Assembly (NCBI GenBank): GCA_964304625.1
Contig: OZ199839.1
Span: forward strand, 1,030,180-1,094,179
Reading direction: 5' to 3'
Source of the DNA: Kudoa neothunni
Taxonomy: Eukaryota; Animalia; Cnidaria
DNA: 64,000 nucleotides
The notes beneath the pieces were generated by a model. That model was not told the DNA's origin. It did not search any database and saw only the letters and a program-made list of their open reading frames with translations. The position numbers were made by a program, and so were the translations under genes. The first letter of the stretch is position 1; every line of letters begins with the position of its first letter. This document shows positions 50,896 through 64,000 of the stretch, piece by piece.

Positions 50896-53504
50896 TATTT
50901 TGTACGTTGAATAAAAATTGTATTGAATGAAAAGTGTACGTATTTTAATTTGTTTGAAGAAATTATATAAACTATTATAATCACCGCTTTTAGATATTTT
51001 TCTTTCAAATTGGTTAAGTTAAAATTCCGATACTTATATTTATTATCATAGAATCGTAATTTTGCGTTAATTGAATTTTCAAGTTAATTCAGTAGACACA
51101 TTGATTTACTTAACAATTATATAATAGATTATATTATATTTTTTAATTCACACCTTTTTCTAAGATGCAGAAATATCTCATATCAACTTTTACCCAAAAG
51201 TTGAATTAATAATAAGCATGAAATTAATGCATCTACAAAAATTTAAATTATTATTTTCTATAATAAAAATGCTGTTGAAATATATATTAATCCGATGGAA
51301 AAATTTATGAGAGGATAAATATTTTTTCTCCTTTAGACTCTAATGACCTTGTGCACAGATTGCTTGGTATAAGAATGACAAAACTATTTTATAAATGTAT
51401 TATATTTATATTAGAAGGATGAGATTTAATTAAATATTTCAAATTAATGTTGTTAAAAATTATGTAGGTGTAAAAAATATAGAGATATGTTGATCGGGTC
51501 AAAAACCACCCAACAAACCTTAACGGGATAAGAAATGATTTACCTTTAAATTTTTAGATTACTTCCGAATAACGCTGCGTTTATATAATTGGTGTAAGAA
51601 TGTACATTACCAACCTCGGAATTTGCCGATACCACTTTAGAATGAAATTGGGAAATGCAGCCAGATTTACAGATATTTAACCTGAGAATTATCTTAAATG
51701 ATTACGTAAAGGCTTTAAATTAATAATGTTAATGAAAAAATGGTGATTCGCTAAATTCAAAACTATGTATTGCCTTAAAAATTATAGAATTCACAAAGCA
51801 CCGCTAGTCCTAATACCACTGATATTATCAAATAGATAAAGAATTTATTAGGAATTCTTCGGAGATATATATACATAAATATATTTTAAATTTAGATCAT
51901 TCTTTCGTAGCAAAAATATCTCTAAAATATGTTTATTTTCTGCTTTTAAATATTATTTAAATTATTTACACAATTTAAAAATTGTTCGAATAGTTGTTCA
52001 CAAATAGAAACTGAGGAATATTTTAAGATTATGGTTTTTTATAAAAAGAGGTATTGCAATGATACTAAATTCATAATTAATGCAGCAAAGTATGGAATTT
52101 TTCTTTTTATTTGAATATAATTTACATCCCCAATTTTCTATCAAAAATCGGTGTAAAGATTTCTCCCTGCTTTTTCTTGGTACCAGGGATGGCAATTTCG
52201 TGTTCCTTCACACGAATAAAAATTTTCACATTACAAATATGAACGAACGAAATTAAAACTTGATTTTGTAAATGATTATAAGCGAATGAAATTATGAGAC
52301 ATTAAACACAAATAAACCAATAACTCGGTAAAATGTGACTCCTAATAACACCTTTTATGGGTTTCTTTTTATTTTTTTTGCATTTGTTTAAAAATATTTA
52401 ATGAAGATTGATATCAAATATCCAGCTAATCTGATTGAATCCTGAAGTTTCACATAATAGCAAGCCGGACATATAGAACACACGTGTAATGTCCGTATTA
52501 ATGTGTTGAGCATTAATAATTCTCAGTTTTTTCTAATCTCCAGGTTTATTCATGACTTATTATTACTAATTATGTTCTTAGATGAGTAATAATGTTATGA
52601 CTACACAATTGAACATTAGGTGATTACAAAGATCCCCAAATCTGAAAAATACCTTTTTGCGCACTCTATTTATCATAATTTTTTGCCGTTTCTACTTCAT
52701 AAACTAAATAAAGATGAATTCCAAAAAATCAATCCAAGAGATAACTTTTAAATTTTAACGAAATCTTACTTCAAGCAAAATTGTTCGCGGGTAATCTTCC
52801 TTTTGTTGACATATTTTGGAACATTCTATGCTTCAATCATTAAACTAATTTTTTCATGAAGAAATAGATTTACTATTACCACGTTTTGTTTACTGCGTCC
52901 TATTCGACAATGGAGATTTTAATTTGTTGGGGGTGTTGATTATAAAAACTATTTTCATAAATTTGTACCTAGAGGTTATCTCTGCAAAACACCGAATCGA
53001 TATAAAAATCGCAGAAATTTCAATTGTATGATCCTAAGAAATCGGAGAGTGATTGTCATAAGGCAAACGACTTAACAATCTGTAATGACAAAAATTACAT
53101 GGAGTTTTTCCATGTATTTATATGAAAGATAAAAGTTTACCTCAAGTTACTATTACTGCTTTCAAGAAAAATGTATCCTTCTTTTAATTAGATTATTATA
53201 AACTGACGTTAGAAAATTGTTATATTTTAGTCCTTTTCATATCTTCAAAAATCAATGTCAAAACAAATGGAATAAAAGCTGCTCCAATAACCATAGATTA
53301 CTTATTTAACTCCCTAATGAGACTTTGTTCATTGTATAATTCGTTACTTATAATTTCAAACTTTCTGAGATTACTTGTATTCCTTCGAAATAATTTTATT
53401 TAGATATTAAAATAACAATTTTTATAAGGGTTTCCCTGATACCAACAAAATTTCTTTTTTTAAAACCAGTGTATATTGAAGAATAGTGTGTCAAGTTACA
53501 TTAA

Positions 53505-54830
53505 AATGTATCAAGATATCTTTAAATTGGCATTTAAAAATTATTCTTACATTTTTATAAATCTTTACGCATTTCACTATTGAAAAGTACAAAACACATC
53601 TTAGGTTTGCAATATTCATTAGTCATGCCAATAAAATATCAGGTAATGGTAAAGTATGCTGCACCTAAAAAACGTCCTCTTGTGCATGTTTTTTCACGAT
53701 TCTTCAGAATAAAATAATATGGAGAGCAAAAATTAAACTTGAAATAATAATTTTAAAATTTTGAGAATTTTTCATCCGAACGCAGTCGGATACACGTAGA
53801 ATCTCCATCTTTTTCAACAAACATTGAATTGATCTCTAATTTGTTTTGGTAATCATTCATAAATTTGTTCTATTTCATATTTTTTTGTATCATATAAACA
53901 CAAATTTTACAATATCAAATTTAATTATACAGGTTTCTATAGATTTTAAGCATGAATAATTTAAAAGCGAGAAGACGACCACGTGTTCTCTAAATATATT
54001 TTCTTAAGTTTATTGGAGCTGATGAGTTTTTTTAATAATTAATCAACATTTAATTTCAACAGGGAAATAACTTAGGCTCGATTACATGAAGTTATTACTT
54101 TACTAGAGGAATTTTTACGTGTGTGTTTAGTCTATCATTGAATAAACTTAAAAATGTTGTTATTATATCTTCAAAAAATTTTAATTTCTATAAATTTATT
54201 AGTTTTAGTCAATTATATGTGTTCCGATATAAATAATAGATAAAAATAACAAAATATGTTTACGTCTTGAAATATTTACAATTAATAAATTTGATCAAAT
54301 TTTTTGTTAGGAAAATTTGACGCATAAAAAAGCTTACAAAACAGTAAAAATATAGTTTTAAGTTTTTTCCCAACGTTTTACACATAATTCAGCGTAAAAA
54401 AATTAATAAAGTTATTTTTGAAAATTAGTTTCCAGAATTTTAAGAATAAAAACAAAATAATTTCTTAATTTCTAATAAAAATTTAAAAACTAAAAAAACC
54501 TTACTCCATTAATATTTCTACTTAGAAGTTCACAAAGTATGTTTATTATAGTTAAAAATGAGATGTTTTCGTGAAATTTGCAAAAAGTTTTTTTTAAAGT
54601 TAGTTTATATAAAATGTTTACATATTAATAGTAAAAAATCTAAATAATAAAAAATAACTTTTGAGTTAATAACTGAGAAAGAAACAAAATAATTCAATGT
54701 TTGTTGAAAAATGATGGAGATTACACGTGTATCCGACTGTGTTCGGATGAAATTTTTTTTATCTAATTATTATCAAGAATCGTGAAAAAAGAAATGCGAA
54801 ATACATGCGTAGAACATGATATCGGTGAAA
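53505..54830. mobile_element. Non-autonomous Merlin-related element with long inverted repeats
   Basis: ~53690-53830 is an inverted repeat of ~54690-54795 (ttcatccgaacgcagtcggatacacg versus cgtgtatccgactgtgttcggatgaa). The body is homologous to 21230-21950. Boundaries are approximate. Confidence 0.65.
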
Positions 54831-55541
54831 CCCTAATATATATTAAAACTTCCTTTTTCATAATCTTTTTTAAGAATTATAAATCTTGTTAGCATAGAAC
54901 AAAAAATTTTAACTTACCGAATAAATTATAACAATAATAGGTTTTCGATGGATTACTTAGCGGGAATAATCAATTAGCATGTAGATTCGATACTAAAATG
55001 CAATATATTCAATGTAATTAAATTAAATTAAATTAAGACCTCTCTCTTATGTAAAGTAAGTGACTGAACGCTAATAGATCGAAGAAAGGTTCGTTAATAT
55101 TGAATTTACTCGAAATAATTCAGCTTGTGCCATATAATGACAGTTCAAACATTTTTAGATGAATACTACATTTTTTCTTCATAAAGGCATATGTAAGGGA
55201 AAATATTTAGGAGTTACTGCTTTTTATTTTGTATACTTATTATTTTTTGATTGATATCTCCTCATATTTTGATCAGAATAATTCTACTTAAAAATTCTCA
55301 ATCTCCATAAATTTTATAAATATTTTAGAAAATCATATTTTGGTTATTTCGACTATATAACTCAATATATTATAATAAAAGAGTGACACCCCATCTGGCT
55401 TAATTCAGAATTTAATCAGCCTATCGTAGATCAAAAATTTAAGTTAATATTGCATGCTACATGTAATTAAAATGACAAAAAATGTAAATATTTTTGGAAA
55501 TTCCTAAAATAATTACTTATCGGAGAACGCGAAAACTAACA

Positions 55542-55578
<37 letters not shown>

Positions 55579-55583
55579 GTGTA

Positions 55584-57873
55584 CAGTCAATAACGGTTAT
55601 TGCGTAGGTGGATATTGCGAGCTTTTCGTTGTGTTTCATTATTTTATCGTTTTATAAAATGCAGTTCTATCTTATAAGTATTTTAACAATATCTCCAAAT
55701 CAAAGTGTATACTTATTATTTGGTGATTTTAATGTTAAACAAGTTAAACGAAATCAAAATTTGATTTCAACGTTTTTCTATTTTTATATTAAAAAAAAAT
55801 AATTCGAGGTTCATTCATTAAACAACAAAAATTGAACTAATAGTCAATACAGAAAAACATGAATATTTTTATAACTATAAATTTTATCCACATGAACAAA
55901 TTTATTAATGCTTTGGTTTCCTTATAGGATTACATGTTGTAGTTTAAATCTGAGTAGATTTATTGATTTTAAACTATAATTGTTTGTCATTGTAGACAAT
56001 ATTTTTATTATATTTAATGTGATTAATGTAACTACGACAAATGGATAATTTTAACAATGTGGATAACATTTAAATATTTTATATAGAAAACTGTGAGTTT
56101 AGTTACTAAATACAAATTGACTTCTTTGATGCGTATATCTTTGAGATCCTAAATCGATGATCAAATTGATGATAAATAAAGTATATGTAATCCTATAGAA
56201 TCTTGGAAGAATCTGACCAACAACAATCAGAAATAACAATATAATTAAATTTTGCCTTCTTTCGATTTAATGGATAAATTAAAATAAATTTTTAATGATT
56301 AATAATAAACTAAAATGTCTATTCTCTAAAATTTGCAAGATACGTATATAAAGGTGCGAATATATTAACAAATTCGTTAAATCTTACTTAAAATATTAAA
56401 ATGATGTAATAAAAAATAACTATCGTGTATAAAATTTTTGTTTAAATAATCATACTTTATATTAATTTCGAAACAATATTAAGTTTTGTTTTTATGTCTA
56501 CGCAATCCAACGGCTGTATGGAATAGAATTTTTATTTTGCATTTCCTGAAATCCATAATATTTTATTTTTATGTAACTACTAGTATAAAATTTCTTTAGG
56601 AAAATAAGGCTTTCAATGATGAATTAAATTATAAACAAATAAAGAGAAAATTTTATATTAAGACAATGCACTGTAAATATATTTGTTGGTCATTATGATG
56701 AAAATATGTAATTTAGATAAAGTTAACTGTTTCTGTTCAATCTTTTTTATTTTTATTTATTATATCTGTTATATTTTTTATTATAAATAATATATAGATT
56801 GATATCATTATAATGTGGGAAACAACGGTTTAAAAAATCCGATGGTAGATATCTTCCAATATTAATTACATATCTTTTAACTTTTTAGCTATTGTAAAAA
56901 TTTTTTAAATACTGAAAACAGACCTATAATTATAAAAAATAAGTATTAAAAAGCGAATAATATATTGAAACAAATTGCTTTTTTTTAGATTTAATTATAA
57001 TGTTTTTTTTTCACAACTAAAAATTAACATTTTTAAACCCTTTTTATAAAAATATTTTATTACGTTTTTCAACTATATTAGTATCTAATATAATCTGTAA
57101 ACAAAATTAAAATGAATATAAATATAAACGGTTACGTAGGAAGAAATCACAAATTTCAAAATTAAATTAAACGCAAAATAACAACTTCATTCTTAACACG
57201 CGCGCACCCACATGTATCATGGTTCCTACGCAGATCATTTGCTTCCTTTTACCCAACCGAACCCTGTTAAATCTAAATCTGTTTATAATTTTAATTCCAA
57301 AAATTAGATTTAAAAGAAAATTTTATCGAAAATTAATTCAGAAGGAACACCATTCTAGATACACAATATTATCAAACTTACCTTTAATTCTAGACTTTTA
57401 AAAACTTTAATAAATCCAGCAAGGTGGTTATATCCATTATCAATCAATTAGAACATGTGAAATTATTCAGTCTGGTTTTTATTCTTATAAGAACAATCCA
57501 TCTATTTGAAATGAGAATTCTCAATATGATACAAATCGTAATGAAAATGGCCGCCTCACCTATATATTAAATGCGGAGAAACTGAAGATTGTTATCTCAG
57601 AAATACGCTGAACATTTGAACTTAAGGCCCAAATGGATTGAATGATTTCTACCCAATGATGAATAGGATATCTAAAATTGTAAACCATACCCAGAAATAT
57701 ACTTTTTAAAACAATTTTTTCCAAAAAAATAAATGTTAATTAGTTTGTTTTAATGAAAATAATAGAGTTTTATTCGACATGCGTGCGCAATTAGGTGGGT
57801 ATTGCGCCACAGAATATGTGTTCCGTACCTTTTTGTCATCCCCAAAAAAGTGCTTAATAACCGTTGTTGGCTG
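55584..57873. mobile_element. Non-autonomous TIR element (Tc1/pogo-like), copy 2
   Basis: TA|CAGTCAATAACGGTTATT … AATAACCGTTGTTGGCTG|TA ends; homologous to 9911-11663. Confidence 0.85.
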
Positions 57874-57899
57874 TAGTTATAAATTGGTTTTGTTTATCC

Positions 57900-60412
57900 C
57901 GTTGTTAGTATCAACAGTTAATTCTGATAACGTTGATGCGTTCAGGTGGTAGCGGTCTTTTTTATTAGATTTTTTTACTGTATGAAAAAACCCTTTCAGA
58001 GCAAGAACTGCTAGCAGGCCTCGAAGAGACATCTACTGCCAACTTTTGGAGACGTTTATATTTGGAACTTTCCCAATAGTCCAAGGGGTTTTTATAAACA
58101 ACTTGCATCTTTTCTTTCATATATTGCTCCACTTGTCAACATCCTTTTCGTTGGAATCAATATAACTTCCCAATCCCCCAAAATATCAGTATAGTAGTTA
58201 ACCGATTTTCCGCACTTTGGAAATCTTACAATAAACGTTTTAGAAACGTTCTAATTTCGAAGGAATCATTATAATTCCCCTTTGTTATAATATTTGTGAA
58301 ATTTTAATCATTCAAACATTTTTCCCCGTGTTTTTTCGAACATTTTTTCGCCTTTAATCCTTTTTTTTCTCTGATGAGCATGCGATAAAAATAATTTTCC
58401 TTTAGTTAGATGGCAACTTTGTATAATGTATGTATATGTATATTTTCCGCCTCATTCTTCGTAAAGCTGTTTTTTAATAATCAAATTTTGTTATCTTTGC
58501 TAAACGTTCATATTGCTTTACGATAATTCGGACCTCCACATGGATACAAATCCCATTTACAAAACATCTACTGGCTATTTTATCAAGTTATTTCGTGTGT
58601 TTACTGGAGGTATTCTACGTCAAGAGAACTACGAGAATTACAATAATGTAATAGTTTTAATAGACGTAGCCATATTAATACTAATTAATGTAAACGTATT
58701 AACGAGAATTCTTTTTTTCTTAGTGTACATGTCGCACATCCTATAATTTAGATTGGTTCATAGAGGAAAACTTAATATTTCCCTGTTTATCGCACTTTTT
58801 TGGTGGTCCCAAGGGGATTACGAAAATCGGTTACCTACTGTATATACTGTATTAGGTTTTGTATGATACTCCTTCGCAGGTTCGTTTGGCTCAAGTCTTG
58901 AGAACTAGATAATCTCTCCTTAATCGCTGACACCACAGAATCTCTTTCAGTTTCAGCCACAAAGTTCATTTTTTTTAAGTTTGGGGATAGTGAGGCGGCA
59001 ATTTTGTTATCGTCCGTCATAGATCACATCCGAAAACTTCGGGAGTGCAAGTAACGAAATTTCATTTTTTAAATAATATAATAAATCAATATCGCTATTT
59101 GAATTGTCATAAACTATTTTAAATAGTCTGTGATTTATTCAAAAAACCTACACCATAATACAGAATTAGACCTGTTTTAGAGTAAATTTTCCAATAAAAT
59201 AATATGTGGATTACATGATGTACACTTGGTGTTTTGACTGATTCTAAGTCATTAAAATAGTCGCTAAATTGACCTAAGAATTTTGAAACTTTCTCGAGAT
59301 CGGATTTAACAATTCGGTCAAAATATTTTTTGACTTATCTAAGACCAAGTCCCTCAAATCATCGTAGTTGGATAATACTGGCGAATAGCGATCCGTGAGG
59401 CCGCGCCAAAGTCTCGTCGTAGAATCCCGTAGAGTTTTTGTTTTTAACCTATTTTGAATGTTTTGAGATTTATGCTGACAATTGAACAGACTTTCTACAT
59501 TAATTTTGAGAACGCTCAAATCTTCTAATGAATCGGATCGGACGTTACATTGCTCCAAGCTTAAAATCCAGGACAATTAATGTCGAAAAATTAAACAACG
59601 CGAAAGAATGCAAAAAATTCGAATACTACCCTCAGATATAACTGTATTCAACCTATGAGTGGCGCACCTAAAATACCTATATTTATTTGGACCAGCAATC
59701 ATATTAGAAGCCGAGTCGCAAATAGCTCGAATATTGCTTGTTTTTTGATGAATTTCCGATAGGACATTTAAAAAAAAACATTTAGTGCAATAAGTTTTAC
59801 CGGAAACTCAACCGTTTTGTTTTGATGATATTTTAGTTGAAAGTCTTGAACATATATAAAAGAAAGGTCCATGTAATTGTTCATTTTGGAATTATCGCAC
59901 CAAATATCAAAAGATGTGGTAATATTTTCAACACGAATTGATTTCAAGAATTCTCTTGAATACGACTCCATTCCACTGTATTCATTAAAAATTTTGTTTT
60001 TCACTTGTTTCCTGTTTGGAATATTATCTAGAAGGGTTCTGCTTCCATATTTTCCACTCAATTTATGTGCATACTCAACCAAATCGAGAAAACTTTTATT
60101 TTCGACGATTATGAAAGAGCCTAGCGTATCGGCCACAAAGTTTGAAATCTTCTTATATAAAAGATTCATTTCTATTGTAGGTAGTGCAGTAGGGATACAA
60201 GTAAATTGAGTAATCATTGATCCAGGAGTGGATTTTGAGTTATGGTCTATAATTTTTCTATTTCCGTTACGAGAATGATGTGAAATAATCGTATTGCATC
60301 TAATGTATTTAATAAACGGGATCGGGGACGATTCATCCTGATCTCGCTCGAAAATATGAAGAAAATGTTCCCCATTCTCAATTTTATTTTTCACTTCAAT
60401 TAAGTTCATCAT
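57900..60412 (-). pseudogene. Disrupted hAT transposase
   Basis: MMNLIEVKNKIENG (Hermes-like start), degenerate BED finger, FIIVENKSF, SFDIWCD, CDSASNM, IAASLSPNLK. The dimerisation motif PLDYWE…YKRLQKLA…PASSSCSERVFS lies at ~57985-58090. Confidence 0.85.
58192..58840. mobile_element. MITE with CAGTAG-type TIRs inserted in the hAT transposase
   Basis: TA|tAGTAGTTAACCGATTTTC … GAAAATCGGTTACCTACTG|TA; same TIR family as 18089-20338. Confidence 0.8.
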
Positions 60413-62253
60413 AGTGGAGAGCACGCGAAGGAATGAACTTGCCATCCCAGTTTGGTACAGGCAAAGTATTGTAAGTGCCAAATATTGTTGAACACGTGAA
60501 TTCATGATAAAAAGCTTTTATTGACAATATAAATAGATAATGAACAAAATATATATTTAAAATGTTTCAGTGTCCAATTCATCACCATAAACAAAAACGA
60601 ATTTCTCCAATTCTTCTCGGGTTACCGTATTTATTCGAATATAACACGCACCCAAACGTTGAATTCGTTTTTAGGTAAAACATTATTGCACATATACTAA
60701 AAAATGTGGTGTTTAAAACAGTGCTTAATTTTTTTAAGCATATTCCTAGTTGAAACAAATTCACAACCTAAAAAACCCTATAGAAGACTAAAATAGACAC
60801 TTTTTGAAAAAGAAACGGAGTTAAACTCATTATAAAATTCGAGAAAAACGTGGGAACACAAACACGATGGCCAGAGGAGCTATTATACTAAGACTGACAA
60901 ATTATAAAAAAGATCAATTTTCAAATATCTTCTGGCTGGTGTAATATTAAAAAAAACTCCATGATTAACTCATCCACTAAATTCGAATATTTGTTGTCAA
61001 AAAATTTGTACACCAATTTTTAAAATTATTAATTTCCATAGGTTTGCGACATATCTGAGAAAAGCGGAAAAGTTAGTTGATCCTGTCTGCATAGGAAACA
61101 TGGATGGAACATTAATATTATATGATACATCAGGAACCGAAGGATCGAAAATTTAGGGACTTAACCGATAACAGTCAGAGAAAATAGTCATGAAAACAAA
61201 TTTAAGTGTCGTTTTAAACTGTATAAAGATTTTACTAAGACAACATAAATGTTACGTTCTAACTAAAAATACTGCCAAAGGAAGAATTTTTCTAATTATG
61301 TGGTTATGATAAATAATATCTTTTAAAATTGATATTTCGTTGGTTACCCCTATTACTTATGTGTCTTTACAATATATTGTTATTTTATATAGTTCTCTTA
61401 TTTATCTGTAATAAAGTTGGAAGTATAATAAGATTTGAAAACAAGTTACGCAATGATAAAATTAAAGTTATGCCCAAAAATTATATATTCCATATAAACT
61501 AGAGTTTTATGGAAATTTATTCCTTTACGCTAATAGCACAAAATATGAAAAAAAGTTAGAGGTTTTAGCAATATAAAATGGTTGTTTTGTTAGTGATGGT
61601 TTCATTAGCTTGGCTAAATATTCCATTTTACCTCGTTGATAACTTAAAAAAATTATTTTGAAATTACTTGTTGAGTCGCTTTAACGTAACGAGTCTTCCC
61701 ACATTAATGATATAATGATAGACGGATTTCAGCAACTATATTCACAGATGCTTGAAAATTCTTTTTTAACAATTCGAATAAACACAAACTTATCCAAAAC
61801 ACTAATTACTCTTATATGAATTATTATAAGAGCAATAATTACGACAAATTTGGACTGATCAAGTTTTGAATTAATCATGACAAATACTCTCGGCCATTTA
61901 AAAGTTACAATTTCAATATTTTATGAATAGTAAGCATAAGATAATTTTAATTGACCCAGCCAATTTGTTGAAACGATTGATTTTATATATTTCCGAAAAT
62001 TAATTACAACTCTAAATTATTGGTGTAGTAGGTCCTGAAACGACACAAATTTATTGAAATACACTTGAATTTCTGTTGATTTTTATAGCTTAATTTATTA
62101 ACTTTTAAAATTTGACTCACATAAAATCATTCACAAATCAAATACATCATCATTTAGTTTAAAAAAGAATGAGATATTATGAATACGCGCACGCATTTAT
62201 TGCAGTTACGACACGCGAGTAACTGTTCGTTTAGACTCGTGTATTGCTTTAAA

Positions 62254-63050
62254 ATGCCAAAAAATAAAGGTAACTTTAAATCTTCAGTCGTATAAAATCA
62301 TGAAACGTCACTCAAAATGTGTGTTTGTAGGTAAGGGAGGAAAGAACAGACGTAGAGGAAAAAATGAAAATGAGAACGAGAAAAGAGAGCTGATCTACAA
62401 AGAAGAAGGCCAAGAATACGCTCAGGTGGTTAAAATTCTTGGAAATGGTTACGTGGAAGCCATGTGTTTTGATGGGATGAAACGTTTATGCCATATAAGA
62501 GGTAAAATGAGAAAGAAGGTAATAATAACCGATTGAGGCAGTTAAAATGGCATCTCTTGGAATCAACGCCTATCTATTATGATGTATTGTAGGTTTGGGT
62601 GATCCATGGAGATATTGTGCTGGTGGGTCTTCGAGATTTTCAAAACAGTCGTGCCGACATTATCCACAAATATTCTGCTGTAGAATCCAAGCGATTAAAA
62701 GCCAACAATTGTATCCCCGATTCCGGTAGTTTACGCTTTTATTCAACTGAAGATTGTTTGCTGTTTTAACAACTTGAGTCGCTTACTTTTGAACTTTAGT
62801 GAGATTAATCGAAAATGCCATGGTGGATGGTAACGCTAACGATGAAGATGATGAAATCTATTTCGATTACACCGCTGACACCGAAGTTGAGGTGAACCCA
62901 AGACGTAGAGATTTCTATGCCGGTATTTCTGATGACGATTCCGATGAAGACGCTGAAGATGATGAGGACGTCAAATACGAGCTGGAAGATGATGACACCA
63001 ACATTGATGACTATGAAACTGATGAACCTGTCAATTCACACAGAATTTAG
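62254..63050 (+). CDS. eIF1A: Eukaryotic translation initiation factor 1A, 4 exons (62254-62269, 62331-62518, 62593-62725, 62800-63050), ~195 aa
   Basis: [20 protein letters not shown]…[15 protein letters not shown]…CFDG…[12 protein letters not shown]|VW…[11 protein letters not shown]…ADII.KY, followed by an acidic tail. GT-AG introns of 61, 74 and 74 bp. Confidence 0.95.
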
Positions 63051-64000
63051 TCATTCTGTGGAGCTATTTCCTATCGAATCAATCTGTTAATAGTAGTTGA
63101 TTTTTAGATCGTTATTTTTGTTCACTCGCACCCCCCCCGTCCCTTAAGATTAGCTAGTGATATAATTGTTCGCGTCTATTATTATATGCAGTTAGTATGA
63201 TATATTTTAAACCAAATTATTTAATGATTCATCTAATAGTAGTTTTGAGTTCATTAATTGTCATTTGGATTTTCAATTAAAATAGATTTTAATCCATTCG
63301 AATAATTCGAGATTATCAATCTAATAATTTCAGAACCCCAGTGTGTTATTTTTATTTCTTTTTAAAAATTTGGCGGTCTTTAAATATTTAAATAGATCTT
63401 CATCATAAAGTTTGGTCCAAATGAACTTTTGTTTTATAACAACCTCCTGTCTTCACGTCATTACAGAGGTTTTAAACCGGTTATGCATGCACCAATCAAT
63501 ACCTCTGGGCTCAGTTCTAAGCTAACCAAAATTAAGCCCAATTTTAGTTCCCAGCTTACCCACCCATATAATATATAATAAAAGGACGCATATATCAAAA
63601 GAATAATAAGAAAAACTAATTATTCAAAATTATTGATACAAAAATTACTGAGATTAATTTGTAGCTTGTTTTCCTCTGCAACTGCGCCAGAATTTATACA
63701 AAAGATTAAATATTCTAATTTTAGAAAATAACAGACATAACAATGCGTCGTATTATGGGGTGTTTCTATACTCAATTATAAACTAAGGGATGCAATTTTC
63801 GACGTTTATTTTTTGAAGAATCGACGTCTATAAATAAAGGTCGAGTTTTTCGACTCTTGTGTTTAAAGGGGATTATACAAAAATCTACGCAAATTAACAT
63901 TATACCATATGTAACCAAATTATATTTAATTTCATCATTTTAATACAATTATAGTATCATATGAATATTTTATCCCGAATGAGATGTTCTCCTATCCGCA

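Larger units (their letters stand above)
52184..60450 (-). mobile_element. hAT (Hermes/hobo-like) transposon, 8.3 kb, with nested insertions
   Basis: TIRs CAGGGATGGCAATTTC and CTGGGATGGCAAGTTC (14/16 match, both continuing to TTCCTTC). The 8-bp TSDs CTTGGTAC and TTTGGTAC match at 7/8. A transposase remnant lies inside. Confidence 0.85.

Noticed and set aside
52880-53060. Faint mariner-like peptide (GVDYKNYFHKFVPRG)
   Set aside because: Too short and degenerate to support a call.
1-64000. CRISPR arrays, rRNA, spliceosomal snRNA or prokaryotic operons
   Set aside because: None recognised; spliceosomal introns and eIF1A show the DNA is eukaryotic.

Overview
AT-rich eukaryotic, probably animal, genomic DNA with very short (40-74 bp) GT-AG introns and many decayed transposons. 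The most notable part is 1-8650 on the minus strand. An intact tRNA-Lys(UUU) gene (8572-8644) runs directly into a full-length non-LTR retrotransposon with a single ORF encoding RT, a CCHC knuckle and a restriction-like endonuclease (R2/NeSL/Utopia-type architecture). The element's 3' end is joined to a second copy of only the tRNA 3' part (nt 40-73, 2780-2813). That copy is followed by a second, different, >=934-codon open frame that leaves the window and is absent from the ORF track. Both ORFs are in frame with an ATG inside the tRNA T-arm (MGSSPLPGE...), and both tRNA 3' parts are followed by near-identical oligo-T terminators. My reading is a tRNA-Lys-targeting LINE lineage that inserts just after the anticodon loop, rebuilds the tRNA gene in front of itself and stacks in tandem. 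The rest of the window holds two PLAC8/cornifelin paralogues, an unidentified ~1125-aa five-exon gene and a C-terminally extended eIF1A. It also holds remnants of piggyBac, Mutator, Merlin/ISXO2, Tigger/pogo and Helitron elements, and an 8.3-kb Hermes-like hAT element carrying nested insertions. All calls are by-eye readings; no database searches were run.
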